Notes under the pieces: model-generated
The model's input: the letters and a program-made list of their open reading frames with translations, nothing else
Told to the model about the DNA's origin: nothing
Database searches by the model: none
Assembly (NCBI GenBank): GCA_017440925.1
Contig: JAFSAP010000019.1
Location: 23,502 to 87,501 of the forward strand
Reading direction: 5' to 3'
DNA: 64,000 nucleotides
Source: Oscillospiraceae bacterium
Lineage (GTDB): Bacteria; Bacillota; Clostridia; Oscillospirales; Oscillospiraceae
Shown: one piece after another, positions 46,708 to 57,800 of the stretch
How positions within the stretch are numbered: the stretch's first letter is position 1
Layout: each line of letters starts with the position of its first letter
Position numbers and translations under genes: made by a program

Positions 46708-48390
46708 TTATTTGCCGGGCTTGAAGCTGTCTTTCAGGCTGACACTGCGGTTGAATACCAGATGACCGGGAGCACAGTCCTTGCTGTCGGGGCAGAAGTA
46801 ACCCAGACGCATGAACTGGTAGGAGGCGGGTGCCTTGGCATTTGCCAGGCTGGCCTCTACTTTACATCCGGTGAGAACTTCCAGAGAATTGGGATTCATG
46901 TCCTTCACCAGTGCTTCCATAGAGGAGGTGTCAGGATTCACTGCCTGGAATAGATTCTCATACTGACGAACCTCGGCGTCCACGGCAGTAGCGGCATCCA
47001 CCCAGTGGATGGTGGCACCCTTGACTTTGCGGCCATCAGCGGGATCACCGCCCCGGGATTCGGGATCATAAGTGGCCAGAATCTCGGTGACGTTGCCGTT
47101 TTCGTCGGTAACACAGCCGGTGCACTGGATGAGATATGCGCCCTTCAGACGGCACTCGGGTCCGTTGGGATACAGGCGCTTGTACTTGGGAACGGGTTCT
47201 GCCAGGAAATCATCACTTTCGATCCACAGGTTCCGGGAGAAGGTGATCTCACGGGTACCATCCTCGGGACGGTTGGGATTGTTTTCCACGACCATAGTCT
47301 CGGTCTGTCCCTCGGGATAGTTGGTAATGGTCAGCTTGACAGGCTTCAGAACCGCCATAACGCGCTGTGCAGTTTCATTCAGATCCTCCCGGAGACAGAA
47401 GTCCAGGAAAGCCAGGGGAATGGTGTTAGGGGACTTGGCGACGCCCACACGCTCGCAGAAGTTGCGGATGGAAGCGGGAGTGAAGCCGCGGCGGCGCAGG
47501 CCGCAGAGGGTGGGCATGCGGGGATCATCCCAGCCGTCCACAAAGCCCTGCTCCACCAGAGCACGGAGGTAACGCTTGCTCAGCACGGTATGGTCAATAC
47601 CCAAACGGGCGAATTCGATCTGCCGGGGGGTGTGGGGCACGGAGGTATTCTCCACTACCCAGTTATACAGGGGGCGGTGGTTCTCAAACTCCAGGGAGCA
47701 CAGGGAGTGGGTGATGCCTTCCAGCGCATCCTGAATGGGATGGGCAAAGTCGTACATGGGATAGATGCACCACTTGTCACCCTGGCGGTGATGGTGCATA
47801 TGGCGGATACGGTAGATGACAGGGTCGCGCATATTGAAATTGCCGGAGGCCAGATCAATCTTTGCGCGCAGGGTATATTTGTTATCCTCAAATTCACCGG
47901 CGCGCATACGGGCGAACAGATCCAGGCTTTCCTCTATGGGACGGTCGCGGTAAGGGGAAATGGCGGGAGTATTCAGGTCACCCCGGTATTCCTTGAACTG
48001 CTCGGGGGTCAGCTCACATACGTAAGCCAAGCCTTTTTTGATCAGTTCCACAGCGTATTCATAGTCTTTTTCAAAGTAGTCAGAGCCATAGTAGAACCGG
48101 TCGCCCCAGTCGAAACCCAGCCAGTGGATATCTTCCTTGATGGCATCGACGAACTCCACATCTTCCTTGGTGGGGTTGGTGTCGTCCATACGCAGGTTGC
48201 ACAGGCCGCCGAACTTCAGTGCAGTGCCGAAGTCAATGGTCAGGGCCTTGCAGTGACCGATGTGCAGATAACCGTTGGGCTCGGGAGGGAAGCGGGTGTG
48301 GACAGTCTTACCTGCGTAAGCGCCGCCCTCAGCAATATCCTCCTGAATGAAACGGTCGATAAAATTCAAGCTTTCCATATTTTCAGCCAT
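46708..48390 (-). CDS. glnS: Glutamine--tRNA ligase
   Basis: RFPPEPNGYLHIGH, WCIYPMYDFAH, WDDPRMPT, QFMRLGYF, FNRSV.LKD. Confidence 0.97.
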   Translation of the reverse strand: MAENMESLNFIDRFIQEDIAEGGAYAGKTVHTRFPPEPNGYLHIGHCKALTIDFGTALKFGGLCNLRMDDTNPTKEDVEFVDAIKEDIHWLGFDWGDRFYYGSDYFEKDYEYAVELIKKGLAYVCELTPEQFKEYRGDLNTPAISPYRDRPIEESLDLFARMRAGEFEDNKYTLRAKIDLASGNFNMRDPVIYRIRHMHHHRQGDKWCIYPMYDFAHPIQDALEGITHSLCSLEFENHRPLYNWVVENTSVPHTPRQIEFARLGIDHTVLSKRYLRALVEQGFVDGWDDPRMPTLCGLRRRGFTPASIRNFCERVGVAKSPNTIPLAFLDFCLREDLNETAQRVMAVLKPVKLTITNYPEGQTETMVVENNPNRPEDGTREITFSRNLWIESDDFLAEPVPKYKRLYPNGPECRLKGAYLIQCTGCVTDENGNVTEILATYDPESRGGDPADGRKVKGATIHWVDAATAVDAEVRQYENLFQAVNPDTSSMEALVKDMNPNSLEVLTGCKVEASLANAKAPASYQFMRLGYFCPDSKDCAPGHLVFNRSVSLKDSFKPGK

Positions 48391-48634
48391 ACAGAATCAA
48401 CCTCTCTTTGCATTTGTTTCCAATAATATGTCATTATACCCCATCGGGTATTATTTTGCAACTGAAATTCCTGTTCAGAAAGGATTTTTTCACAAGTCTG
48501 CTTGCAGAAAAATGTACACAATCACCAAGGATATGAAAAAACAGAAAACAAATTGGGAATTCTTAAATTTTATGGTTGTCAATTTGACCATCTTGTATTA
48601 AAATGGGAAAGGATATAAAAAGGAGTGATATGTC

Positions 48635-49363
48635 TTGTCCGAACTCAAATACAAGCGTATATTGCTGAAGGTCAGCGGAGAAGCCCTCGGTGAAAAGACG
48701 GCTGCCGGTGATGGCTTCGGCTTGGATTTTAGCAAGATCAATGAGGTCTGTGCCTCCATCAAGGAATGTGTGGACATGGGCGTTCAGGTAGGTCTGGTCA
48801 TTGGCGGCGGCAATTTCTGGCGCGGCATCAAAAATGGCAGCGGAAAAATGCAGCGCAGCCATGCAGATGCCATGGGTATGCTGGCAACAGTGATGAACGC
48901 CATCGCTGTGGCAGATGCCCTGTGCGAGCATGGCCTGGATGCCCGGGTACTTACCGCTGTGGAGATGAACAAGTTTGCTGAGTACTTCACCCGTGACCTG
49001 GCAAACCGGTATCTGAATGAAGGTAAAGTCGTTCTCTTTGCGGCCGGCACCGGAAATCCCTATTTCTCCACCGATACCGGCGCAGTGCTTCGGGGTGTGG
49101 AGATTGAAGCCGATGCAGTGCTTATGGCAAAGAACATCGACGGTATCTATTCTGCAGATCCCAAGAAGGATCCCAATGCCGTCAAGTTTGATACACTGAC
49201 GTATAATGAAGTTCTGGAGCGGGGCCTGAAGGCCACCGATACAACAGCTATGGCACTGGCGATGGACAACAATATGCCCATGGTCTGCTTTGGCCTGGCG
49301 GAGGAAAACAGTATTCTTCGTGTGGTTCGCGGTGAAAAGATCGGAACCACCGTTACCAATTAA
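48635..49363 (+). CDS. pyrH: UMP kinase
   Basis: LLKVSGEAL, GGGNFWRG, MGMLAT.MN, GNPYFSTD. Confidence 0.97.
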   Translation: MSELKYKRILLKVSGEALGEKTAAGDGFGLDFSKINEVCASIKECVDMGVQVGLVIGGGNFWRGIKNGSGKMQRSHADAMGMLATVMNAIAVADALCEHGLDARVLTAVEMNKFAEYFTRDLANRYLNEGKVVLFAAGTGNPYFSTDTGAVLRGVEIEADAVLMAKNIDGIYSADPKKDPNAVKFDTLTYNEVLERGLKATDTTAMALAMDNNMPMVCFGLAEENSILRVVRGEKIGTTVTN

Positions 49364-49381
49364 CTTTAGGAGGATAAGAAA

Positions 49382-49936
49382 ATGGCAGTTGATTTTAAGG
49401 ATTTTCAGAGAAGAATGGATGGCGCACTGAACCATCTGGAAGAGGAATTCGGTGCTGTCCGCGCTGGCCGCGCCAATGCCAAGGTTCTGGATCGCATTAC
49501 CGTTGAATATTATGGCAGTGAGACCCCTCTGAATGGTGTCGCTACCATTTCTACCCCCGATGCCCGCACTCTGGTGATCCAGCCTTGGGATACCAAGCTG
49601 CTGAAGGATATCCAGAAGGCAATCCAGACCTCTGATCTGGGTATCAATCCCCAGAACGATGGCCGCGTGATCCGTCTGGTATTCCCCCAGCTGACAGAGG
49701 AACGCCGTAAAGATCTGACCAAGCAGACCAAGAAGTATGCAGAAGAGGCCAAGGTCGCAATGCGTAACATCCGCCGTGACGGTATGGACTATGTCAAGAA
49801 GCTGAAGAAGAATTCTGAGATCACCGAGGATGACCAGAAGAAGGCAGAAAAGGATCTGCAGGATCTGCTGGACAAGATGATCAAGAAGGTGGATGCCGCT
49901 CTGGCTGCCAAGGAAAAGGAACTGATGTCCCTGTAA
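49382..49936 (+). CDS. frr: Ribosome recycling factor
   Basis: RAGRAN, LTEERRK, RNIRRD. Confidence 0.97.
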   Translation: MAVDFKDFQRRMDGALNHLEEEFGAVRAGRANAKVLDRITVEYYGSETPLNGVATISTPDARTLVIQPWDTKLLKDIQKAIQTSDLGINPQNDGRVIRLVFPQLTEERRKDLTKQTKKYAEEAKVAMRNIRRDGMDYVKKLKKNSEITEDDQKKAEKDLQDLLDKMIKKVDAALAAKEKELMSL

Positions 49937-49941
49937 GATTC

Positions 49942-50054
49942 AGTGTGGAGTGTGATGTGTGGAGTGCTGGTATTCGCTTCGCAGTTGTTTTGGATAATCG
50001 CTGGAGGCGATACCTTACCCCAAAACTCCTAACTCCGCACTTTTTACTACTCAC
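49942..50054. repeat. Small element with inverted heptamer tandem arrays
   Basis: agtgtgg/agtgtga/tgtgtgg/agtgctg ... aactcct/aactccg/cactttt/tactact; internal atcgc-tggag-gcgat hairpin. Confidence 0.55.
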
Positions 50055-50071
50055 AGAAAGAGGTGTGCCCA

Positions 50072-50791
50072 TTGGCACCAACCGATATAACCAAACCGGC
50101 ACCCCCCCAGCATATAGCCATCATCATGGACGGCAATGGCCGGTGGGCAAAAAAACGGGGACTGCCCCGTACTGCCGGTCATGCAGCCGGCGCGGAAAGT
50201 TTCCGGCGTATTGCCAACTACTGCCGTACATTGGGTGTGAGATATCTGACTGTGTATGCGTTTTCCACGGAAAACTGGAAGCGGTCAAGCGAAGAAGTGG
50301 CTGGCATCATGAAACTTCTGCGCCGCTATCTGGAGGAAGCCCTGCAGGATATGGAGAAAAACCGTGTCTGTTTCCGGTTCTTTGGAGATCTGAGCAAGCT
50401 GAGTCCGGATCTGCAGAAGCTTTGCCATGATGCGGAAAAACGGTCAGAGGACTATGATGTGCAGGTGAATTTCTGCCTTAATTATGGCGGCCGGGATGAA
50501 ATCGTCCAGGCAGCCCGGCGGTTTGCAGAAGATGTGGCAGCCGGAAAACATAACCCAGAGGATCTGACGGAAGATCTTCTGTCTGGCTATCTCTATTCTG
50601 CGGATGTGCCGGATCCGGAACTCATCATCCGGCCTTCCGGAGAAAAGCGTACCAGCAATTTCCTGCTCTGGCAGTCTGCTTACTCGGAATACGTATTTAT
50701 GAATGTTCTTTGGCCCGATTTCAGCCCCAGTGACCTGGACGAGGCTATTGAAGAATACCACCGGCGAAACCGCCGCTTTGGAGGGACATAA
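50072..50791 (+). CDS. uppS: Undecaprenyl diphosphate synthase
   Basis: HIAIIMDGNGRWA, YAFSTENWKR, NYGGR, RPSGEKRTSNFLLWQ. Confidence 0.97.
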   Translation: MAPTDITKPAPPQHIAIIMDGNGRWAKKRGLPRTAGHAAGAESFRRIANYCRTLGVRYLTVYAFSTENWKRSSEEVAGIMKLLRRYLEEALQDMEKNRVCFRFFGDLSKLSPDLQKLCHDAEKRSEDYDVQVNFCLNYGGRDEIVQAARRFAEDVAAGKHNPEDLTEDLLSGYLYSADVPDPELIIRPSGEKRTSNFLLWQSAYSEYVFMNVLWPDFSPSDLDEAIEEYHRRNRRFGGT

Positions 50792-50797
50792 AGAAAA

Positions 50798-51613
50798 ATG
50801 AAGACCCGTATTATTGCGGCAGTTGTGCTGATCCCTGTTCTGCTTGTACTGGTGCTGTTTGCGCCGAAAATGTTCTCTGCTGTTATTTTTGCCATCCTCA
50901 TGGGTATTGGTGCCTATGAACTGCTGTATCGCACCCATCTGGTGCAGCATGCCAGATTGGTGCTGTACTCCGCTGTGATGGCCTTTGCGGTTATCATGTG
51001 GAGCTATGCCGATGCAGTCCATGCTTACCTGCTGCTGGGACTGATGGCGTTTACGATTCTGCTCTTTGCGGAAATGATGATGGATCATGTGAAGGTTCGC
51101 ATTGAAATGCTGGGCCTTTGCTATATTGCCGGTGTTATTGTGCCCTTTTTGCTGGGTTCTCTGATCCGGATCCTGGATATGACCATTGGCCGTTATGTGA
51201 TCCTGGTGCCCTTTGTTGTGGCATTCATGTCTGATGGCGGTGCCTACTTTGTTGGTCTTAAATTTGGCCGGCATAAGCTGGCTCCTGTGGTCAGCCCCAA
51301 CAAGACCATCGAAGGTGCTTTGGGTGGTCTGGCTGCTGCGATCATTGGCATGGTGATCTATGCCCTGGTGCTGGATCTGGCCTTCCCCCAATTCCAGGTG
51401 GATTATGGTATGGCTGTTGTTTATGGCCTGGCAGGCTCCATTGTGGGTGTGTTTGGTGATCTGTGCTTCTCCATCATCAAGCGCCAGACCGGCATTAAGG
51501 ACTACGGCAATCTGATCCCCGGTCATGGCGGTGTTCTGGACCGTTTTGATTCCGTTATGATGGTAGCACCTCTGATGGAGGCGCTGCTGCTGATCGCACC
51601 CGTGGTGATGTAA
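50798..51613 (+). CDS. cdsA: Phosphatidate cytidylyltransferase
   Basis: SPNKT.EG, S.IKR..GIKD.G.LIPGHGG.LDRFDS. Confidence 0.96.
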   Translation: MKTRIIAAVVLIPVLLVLVLFAPKMFSAVIFAILMGIGAYELLYRTHLVQHARLVLYSAVMAFAVIMWSYADAVHAYLLLGLMAFTILLFAEMMMDHVKVRIEMLGLCYIAGVIVPFLLGSLIRILDMTIGRYVILVPFVVAFMSDGGAYFVGLKFGRHKLAPVVSPNKTIEGALGGLAAAIIGMVIYALVLDLAFPQFQVDYGMAVVYGLAGSIVGVFGDLCFSIIKRQTGIKDYGNLIPGHGGVLDRFDSVMMVAPLMEALLLIAPVVM

Positions 51614-51614
51614 T

Positions 51615-52769
51615 ATGGTAAAATGTGTTAGTATTCTTGGCTCTACCGGCTCCATCGGCCGGCAGAGCCTGGACATTATCAGCCGCCTTCCGGAAATCAG
51701 GGTGGCGGCTTTGACAGCCGGAACCAGCGTGGAACGCATGGCGCAGCAGTGCCGTGATTTTCAGCCGGAACTGGCTGTTATGGCTACTCGGGAAGCTGCC
51801 GAAGCGCTGGCAGCGGAGATTAAAGAACTTCCCATCCGGGTAAGCTACGGTGAAGAGGGACTTGTTGAGGCTGCCACCATTGCTTCTGCGGACTGTGTGA
51901 TTACTGCAGTGGTGGGTATGGTTGGCCTGAAGCCTACACTGGCTGCCATTCGCGCCGGAAAGCGCATCGGCCTTGCCAACAAGGAAACACTGGTCTGTGC
52001 CGGTGAGCTGGTGATGGCGGAAGCAGAGAAAAATCATGTGGAGATCATTCCTGTGGATTCCGAGCATTCTGCTATTTTCCAATGTCTTATGGGCAGTGGT
52101 GAGAAAAAAGAAATCAAGCGCCTGATTCTGACCTGCTCCGGTGGCCCCTTCTTCGGAAAATCCAAAGAGGAACTGTCGAAGGTCACGAAAGCGGATGCGC
52201 TGAAGCATCCAAATTGGAAAATGGGTGCCAAGATCACCATCGACTGTGCTACACTGATGAACAAGGGCCTGGAAGTCATTGAAGCCATGCGGCTGTACCG
52301 GATGCCTTTGGAACAGGTGGATGTGGTGATCCACCGGCAGAGCATTGTCCATTCCATGGTGGAATTCGTGGACGGTGCTGTAATGGCGCAAATGGGCACA
52401 CCTGATATGCGTCTGCCCATTCAGCTGGCGCTGACCTATCCGGAGCGGATCGCCTGTCCGGTGGATGGACTTGACCTTCTGACCTGCGGCAGCCTGACTT
52501 TTTCCAAACCCGATACGGATCATTTTCCATGTCTGGCACTGGCGTACCGCTGCGCAAAGCAGGGAGGCACCGCCTGCCCTGCCATGAACGGCGCCAATGA
52601 GGAAGCTGTTGCCATGTACCTGCGGGATGAGATCGGTTTCTATGATATCTATCGGCTGGTCAGCAGTGCGGTGGAGGAAGTTCCTTTTATCCCAAATCCC
52701 ACTCTGGAAGAAATTCTGGAGACAGACCGTCTGGCCCGGGAAGCTGTTCGGCGGTTATCCAAATCCTAA
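51615..52769 (+). CDS. dxr: 1-deoxy-D-xylulose-5-phosphate reductoisomerase
   Basis: LGSTGSIG, LANKETLV, PVDSEHSAIFQ, HPNW.MG.KIT, NKGLEVIEA. Confidence 0.97.
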   Translation: MVKCVSILGSTGSIGRQSLDIISRLPEIRVAALTAGTSVERMAQQCRDFQPELAVMATREAAEALAAEIKELPIRVSYGEEGLVEAATIASADCVITAVVGMVGLKPTLAAIRAGKRIGLANKETLVCAGELVMAEAEKNHVEIIPVDSEHSAIFQCLMGSGEKKEIKRLILTCSGGPFFGKSKEELSKVTKADALKHPNWKMGAKITIDCATLMNKGLEVIEAMRLYRMPLEQVDVVIHRQSIVHSMVEFVDGAVMAQMGTPDMRLPIQLALTYPERIACPVDGLDLLTCGSLTFSKPDTDHFPCLALAYRCAKQGGTACPAMNGANEEAVAMYLRDEIGFYDIYRLVSSAVEEVPFIPNPTLEEILETDRLAREAVRRLSKS

Positions 52770-52781
52770 GCGAGGCATTCT

Positions 52782-53843
52782 ATGAGCGTTCTTTTTGCAA
52801 TCCTTCTCTTTTCTGTGTTGATTTTTGTCCATGAGCTGGGACATTTTGTGGCAGCCAAGCTGTCGGGTGTTCAGGTAAATGAATTTTCTATATTTATGGG
52901 CCCCATTTTGTGGAGCAAACAGGTGGGAGAAACACTGTATTCTCTCCGACTGGTTCCCATTGGCGGCTTCTGCGCCATGGAAGGGGAGGACGGCGGCAGT
53001 GACAATCCCCGCTCCTTTGACAAAGCTGTCTGGTGGAAGCGGTTTCTGATTCTGGTGGCCGGTGCAGCCATGAACTTTGTTGTCGGTGTGCTGCTGATGG
53101 TCATCGTTTATCTGCCGGTTCAGCGCGCCGTGGTACCTGTGATCAGCAGCTTTTCTGATTTTGCCACTGTGGATGGGGAAAACGGCCTGCAGGCTGGAGA
53201 CAGAATCGTTGAGCTGGATGGTGAACGGATCTACGTCCAGTCGGACTTTTCTCTGATCCTCAGCTTGAATCCCGGAGATGTCCACGATCTGGTGGTCAGC
53301 CGCAACGGCAGGAATGTTGTCCTGAATGATTTTCTCATGGAAAAGCATGAGACAGTTGACGCATCTGGTGCCACCCGGATGATGTATGGCATCAACTTTG
53401 CCGTGCAGGATATGGATATCGGAGACAGATTGGTCTATGCCTGGAATCAGAGCATGGACACTGTGCGGTTGGTGCGGTTGAGCCTGCAGATGCTTTTCAG
53501 TGGCCAGGCAGGAATTTCCGATATGTCGGGTCCTGTGGGTATTGTGCAGATGATGTCAGAAACGGCAAAAGCGTCGCCCACCTGGGTAAATGCTTTGCTG
53601 AATATGCTGTATTTTGGTGCTTTCATTGCCATCAATCTGGCGGTGATGAACCTGTTGCCCATTCCGGCTCTGGATGGTGGCCGGGTGGTGGGACTGCTGA
53701 TTACTGCTGCAGTGGAAGCCATAACCAGAAAGAAAATTGATCCCAAATACGAAGGCTACCTCCATGGTGCCGGCATGATGCTTCTGCTTGCGCTGATGGC
53801 GGTGATTATGTTTAAAGATATTATCTTCCTGTTCAAGAGGTGA
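52782..53843 (+). CDS. rseP: Site-2 zinc metalloprotease RseP/RasP
   Basis: HELGH, PDZ-like GLQAGD, NLLPIPALDGG. Confidence 0.93.
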   Translation: MSVLFAILLFSVLIFVHELGHFVAAKLSGVQVNEFSIFMGPILWSKQVGETLYSLRLVPIGGFCAMEGEDGGSDNPRSFDKAVWWKRFLILVAGAAMNFVVGVLLMVIVYLPVQRAVVPVISSFSDFATVDGENGLQAGDRIVELDGERIYVQSDFSLILSLNPGDVHDLVVSRNGRNVVLNDFLMEKHETVDASGATRMMYGINFAVQDMDIGDRLVYAWNQSMDTVRLVRLSLQMLFSGQAGISDMSGPVGIVQMMSETAKASPTWVNALLNMLYFGAFIAINLAVMNLLPIPALDGGRVVGLLITAAVEAITRKKIDPKYEGYLHGAGMMLLLALMAVIMFKDIIFLFKR

Positions 53844-53848
53844 CAACG

Positions 53849-54886
53849 ATGACACGACAGATTATGGTTGGCGGCATTCCCATCGGTGGTGGTGCTCCGG
53901 TGGTGATCCAGTCCATGCTCAATATTCCCACCACAGATGTGGAAGGCTGTCTGAAGCAGATCCGTCAGCTGGCTGCTGCTGGCTGTCAGATTGCCCGGCT
54001 GGCGGTTCCCAATATGGAAAGCGCCAGAGGCTTTGCGGATATCTGCAGAGAAAGCCCTCTGCCGCTGGTTGCGGATATTCACTTTGATTATAAGCTGGCC
54101 ATTGCCGCAGCCGAGGGCGGAGCTTCCAAGATCCGCATCAATCCCGGCAATATTGGCGGTGAAGACAGGGTGAAGGCTGTTGTGGATGTTTGTAAAGACA
54201 GGCATATCCCTATCCGCATCGGTGTCAACGGCGGCAGTCTGGATAAGCGTCTTCTGGAAAAATATGGCCACCCCACAGCAGAAGCTTTGGTGGAAAGCGC
54301 TTTTGAACATTTGGAACTGCTGGAAAAGCAGGGATTTTATGACAGCTGTGTTTCTATGAAATCCTCCACCGTTCCTACCATGGTGAAAGCTGCCCGGCTG
54401 TTCCGCTCCCGCTGTGACTATCCCATCCACATCGGTGTCACTGAGACTGGTCCTGTGAAGCAGGGTCTTATGAAGTCTGCCATGGGCATTGGTGCGTTGC
54501 TGCTGGATGGCATCGGTGATACCATCCGTGTCAGCCTGACGGACGACCCGGTGGAGGAAGTCTATGCTGCCAAGGATATTCTGAAAGCGGCAGGACTGCG
54601 CAGAGAAGGCGTGAACATCATTTCCTGCCCCACCTGTGGAAGAACCAAAATTGATCTGATCGGACTGGTAAACCAGGTGGATGCAGCGCTTAAGGACTGC
54701 AATAAGCCCATTACCGTTGCGGTTATGGGATGCATTGTCAATGGCCCCGGTGAGGCCCGGGAAGCCGATATCGGCATTGCCGGCGGTGATGGCTGGGGTA
54801 CCATCTTTGAGAAAGGTGTAGAGGTGGAGAAGCTTCCTTATGACGAACTTCTGCCTGCCCTGCTGCGCCGGATCGAAAACCTGTAA
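53849..54886 (+). CDS. ispG: HMBPP synthase IspG
   Basis: IQSM, ADIHF, RINPGNIG, HIGVTE, SCPTCGR, MGCIVNGPGEA. Confidence 0.97.
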   Translation: MTRQIMVGGIPIGGGAPVVIQSMLNIPTTDVEGCLKQIRQLAAAGCQIARLAVPNMESARGFADICRESPLPLVADIHFDYKLAIAAAEGGASKIRINPGNIGGEDRVKAVVDVCKDRHIPIRIGVNGGSLDKRLLEKYGHPTAEALVESAFEHLELLEKQGFYDSCVSMKSSTVPTMVKAARLFRSRCDYPIHIGVTETGPVKQGLMKSAMGIGALLLDGIGDTIRVSLTDDPVEEVYAAKDILKAAGLRREGVNIISCPTCGRTKIDLIGLVNQVDAALKDCNKPITVAVMGCIVNGPGEAREADIGIAGGDGWGTIFEKGVEVEKLPYDELLPALLRRIENL

Positions 54887-54894
54887 AGTTTATT

Positions 54895-57800
54895 ATGGAA
54901 AATACTGTGTACTTAACCAATATGTTTCCGGACTATGTGCCGCCTGAGGAGCTGACAACGGCCCTTTCTCAGGCGGCCATTGTTGCTGCTGACATTGATC
55001 CGGAGACACGGTCGGTTTCTGTGGCCATTCATTCAGAAACTTATATTCCCCAGCGCATGCTGGACAAGGCGGGAAGAGAGATTGCCTCTTTGTATGGCCT
55101 GCGGCAGCTGTCTCTGACAGCTACCCACCCGGCAAACCAGCTTCACTGTATTGAGCCCGAGGAACTGATGCAGCTGTTTGTCAGCCGGAATTCCATGATG
55201 CGTGGTACTCTGGCAGGAGCGAAGTGGGAATGGCAGGAAGAAAACCTGCATATCCATCTTCGCGGCAATGGAAAGGCAGAGCTGGAAGAGCTGATTCCCC
55301 AGGTGCAGACAGTTCTTCGGGAACGGTTTGCTTCTCCTGTGACCATTACTGCCCAGGCTGGACAGACACTGGAAGGTAAGGCCCTCTTTGAAGCCATGGA
55401 GTCCATGCGCGGCCAGCTGATTGAAACGATGCCTGTTTCCGCATTCCGCCAGGAAAAGAAAGAGGACAAGTCTGCTCCCGCGGGCGATACCTTCTACGGA
55501 AAGACATTTAAGGGTAATGCAGTTCCCATGAAAGATCTCAACATGGATATGGGCACCATTATTGTGGAAGGCCGTGTGTTCAATGTGGATCATAAGGAAC
55601 TGAAAAAGCGAAATGCCTGGGTAGTCAAATTTGACATGACGGATAATACCGGATCCATCCGGATCAGCAAATTCATGGAGGCAGGCGAAGCCAAGCCGAT
55701 TCTTGAAAATGTAAAGCCCGGAAGTGTCCTGCGGGTGCAGGGAAAACTCATTGAAGACCGGTTTGAAAATGAGATGGTGCTGAAACCCTATGCCATGCAG
55801 CCCGGCTCCCTGCCCAAACGGAAGGATCTGGCAGAAGGCATGAAGCGCGTGGAGCTGCACCTGCATACCACTATGTCCAACATGGATGCTCTGACACCCA
55901 CGGCGGCAGCCATCAAGCAGGCGGCTGACTGGGGCCACAAGGCCATTGCCATCACGGATCACGGCTGCTGCCAGTCCTTTACGGATGCGCTGCATTGTGT
56001 GGAAAGCTGGAAAGGCCCACCCAAGGTCGCCGGTACGGATGAAACCATAAAGATCCTGTATGGCTGTGAAGGATATTATGTAAATGATGTGGATGACCGC
56101 ATCGTGGTCCATGGCACGAAGGACATGTCTTTTGATGATGAATTTGTGGCCTTTGACCTGGAAACCACTGGCCTTTCCTCCCGGAATGACAGGATCATTG
56201 AAATCGGTGCTGTCATTCTGAAAAGAGGAAAGGAAATTGACCGGTTCCAGACCTTTGTGGATCCGGAACGCTCTTTGGACAGAAAGATCGTGGAGCTTAC
56301 CGGCATCACGGAGGATATGCTGAAAGGTGCGCCCAAAATCGAAGAAGTGCTGCCACAATTCCTGGATTTCGTGGGAGACAGGGTGTTGGTTGCCCACAAT
56401 GCTGACTTTGATACCGGCTTTATCCGGGCGGAATGCGTCCGTCAGGGTTATGAATATGGCTTTACATCGGCAGATACTTTGATTCTGTCCCAGAATCTGC
56501 TGTCCCACCTGAATAAATTCAAACTGAACATTGTGGCCAATGCGCTGAGCCTTCCTGATTTCAACCATCACCGTGCGGCAGACGATGCCATGACCTGCGG
56601 CCTTGTTATGGCCAATCTGATGAACAAGCTGGAAGAGGAGCATGACATCCATACCCTGCAGGCCATCAATCCTGCTATGGTGCATTTGCGCAGCGGCGGC
56701 CGGATCACTGACCGGCAGGCCCGCCATATCATCCTGTTTGCCAAGAACCAGGTTGGTCTTCGGAATCTCTACCATCTGATCTCCAATTCCAACCTGAAGC
56801 ACTTCCGCCGTGTGCCCAGAATCCCCAAGTCGGAATTGCTGGAATTGCGGGAGGGATTGATCATTGGCTCTGCCTGCGAGGCTGGAGAGCTGTTCCAGGC
56901 CATCCTGGACAGAAAGAGCGATGATGAACTGAAGCGCATTGCATCTTTCTATGATTTCCTGGAAATTCAGCCGCTGGCAAACAACATGTTTATGCTTGCC
57001 AAGGGTATGGCCCAAGATGAGGAGGAACTGCGCAATTATAACCGCACGGTTGTCCGTTTGGGTGAAGAATTGGGTAAGCCTGTGGTCGCCACGGGTGACG
57101 TCCACTTCCTAAATCCCGAGGATGAGATTTTTCGCCATATTCTGCTGGCAACCAAGGGCTTTGACGATGCAGATAAGCCGAATCCTCTCTATTTCCGCAC
57201 TACTGATGAAATGCTGAAGGAATTCAGCTATCTGGGTGAGGAAAAGGCCTATGAGGTGGTTGTTACCAATCCCAATCTGATTGCCGACATGTGCGAAACG
57301 CTTCGTCCGGTACCGCACAACCTGTTTGCTCCCAAGATCGAAAATTCGGTGGAGGATCTGAAGGATCTGGTCTACGGAAAGCTCCACCGCTTATATGGTG
57401 AAAATCCGCCGGAACTCTTTGTCAAGCGCGTAGAAACAGAGCTTCATGATATCATATCCTGCCATTATGACGTTATCTATATGTCTGCCCAGCGTCTGGT
57501 GCAGAACTCTCTGGAAAACGGCTATCTGGTGGGTTCCCGTGGTTCTGTTGGTTCTTCCATCGTGGCATTTATGTCCGGCATTACAGAGGTTAATTCTTTC
57601 CCGCCCCATTACCGGTGCCCCAATCCTGACTGCAAGCATACCATTCTGGATGTGCCCAAGGAATTTAACTGCGGTGCTGACCTGCCGGATATGGATTGCC
57701 CCCTCTGCGGCACCCGGCTGGAAAAGGATGGCTTCAACATTCCCTTCGAAACGTTCCTGGGCTTCGGCGGTGATAAGGTGCCGGATATCGACCTGAACTT

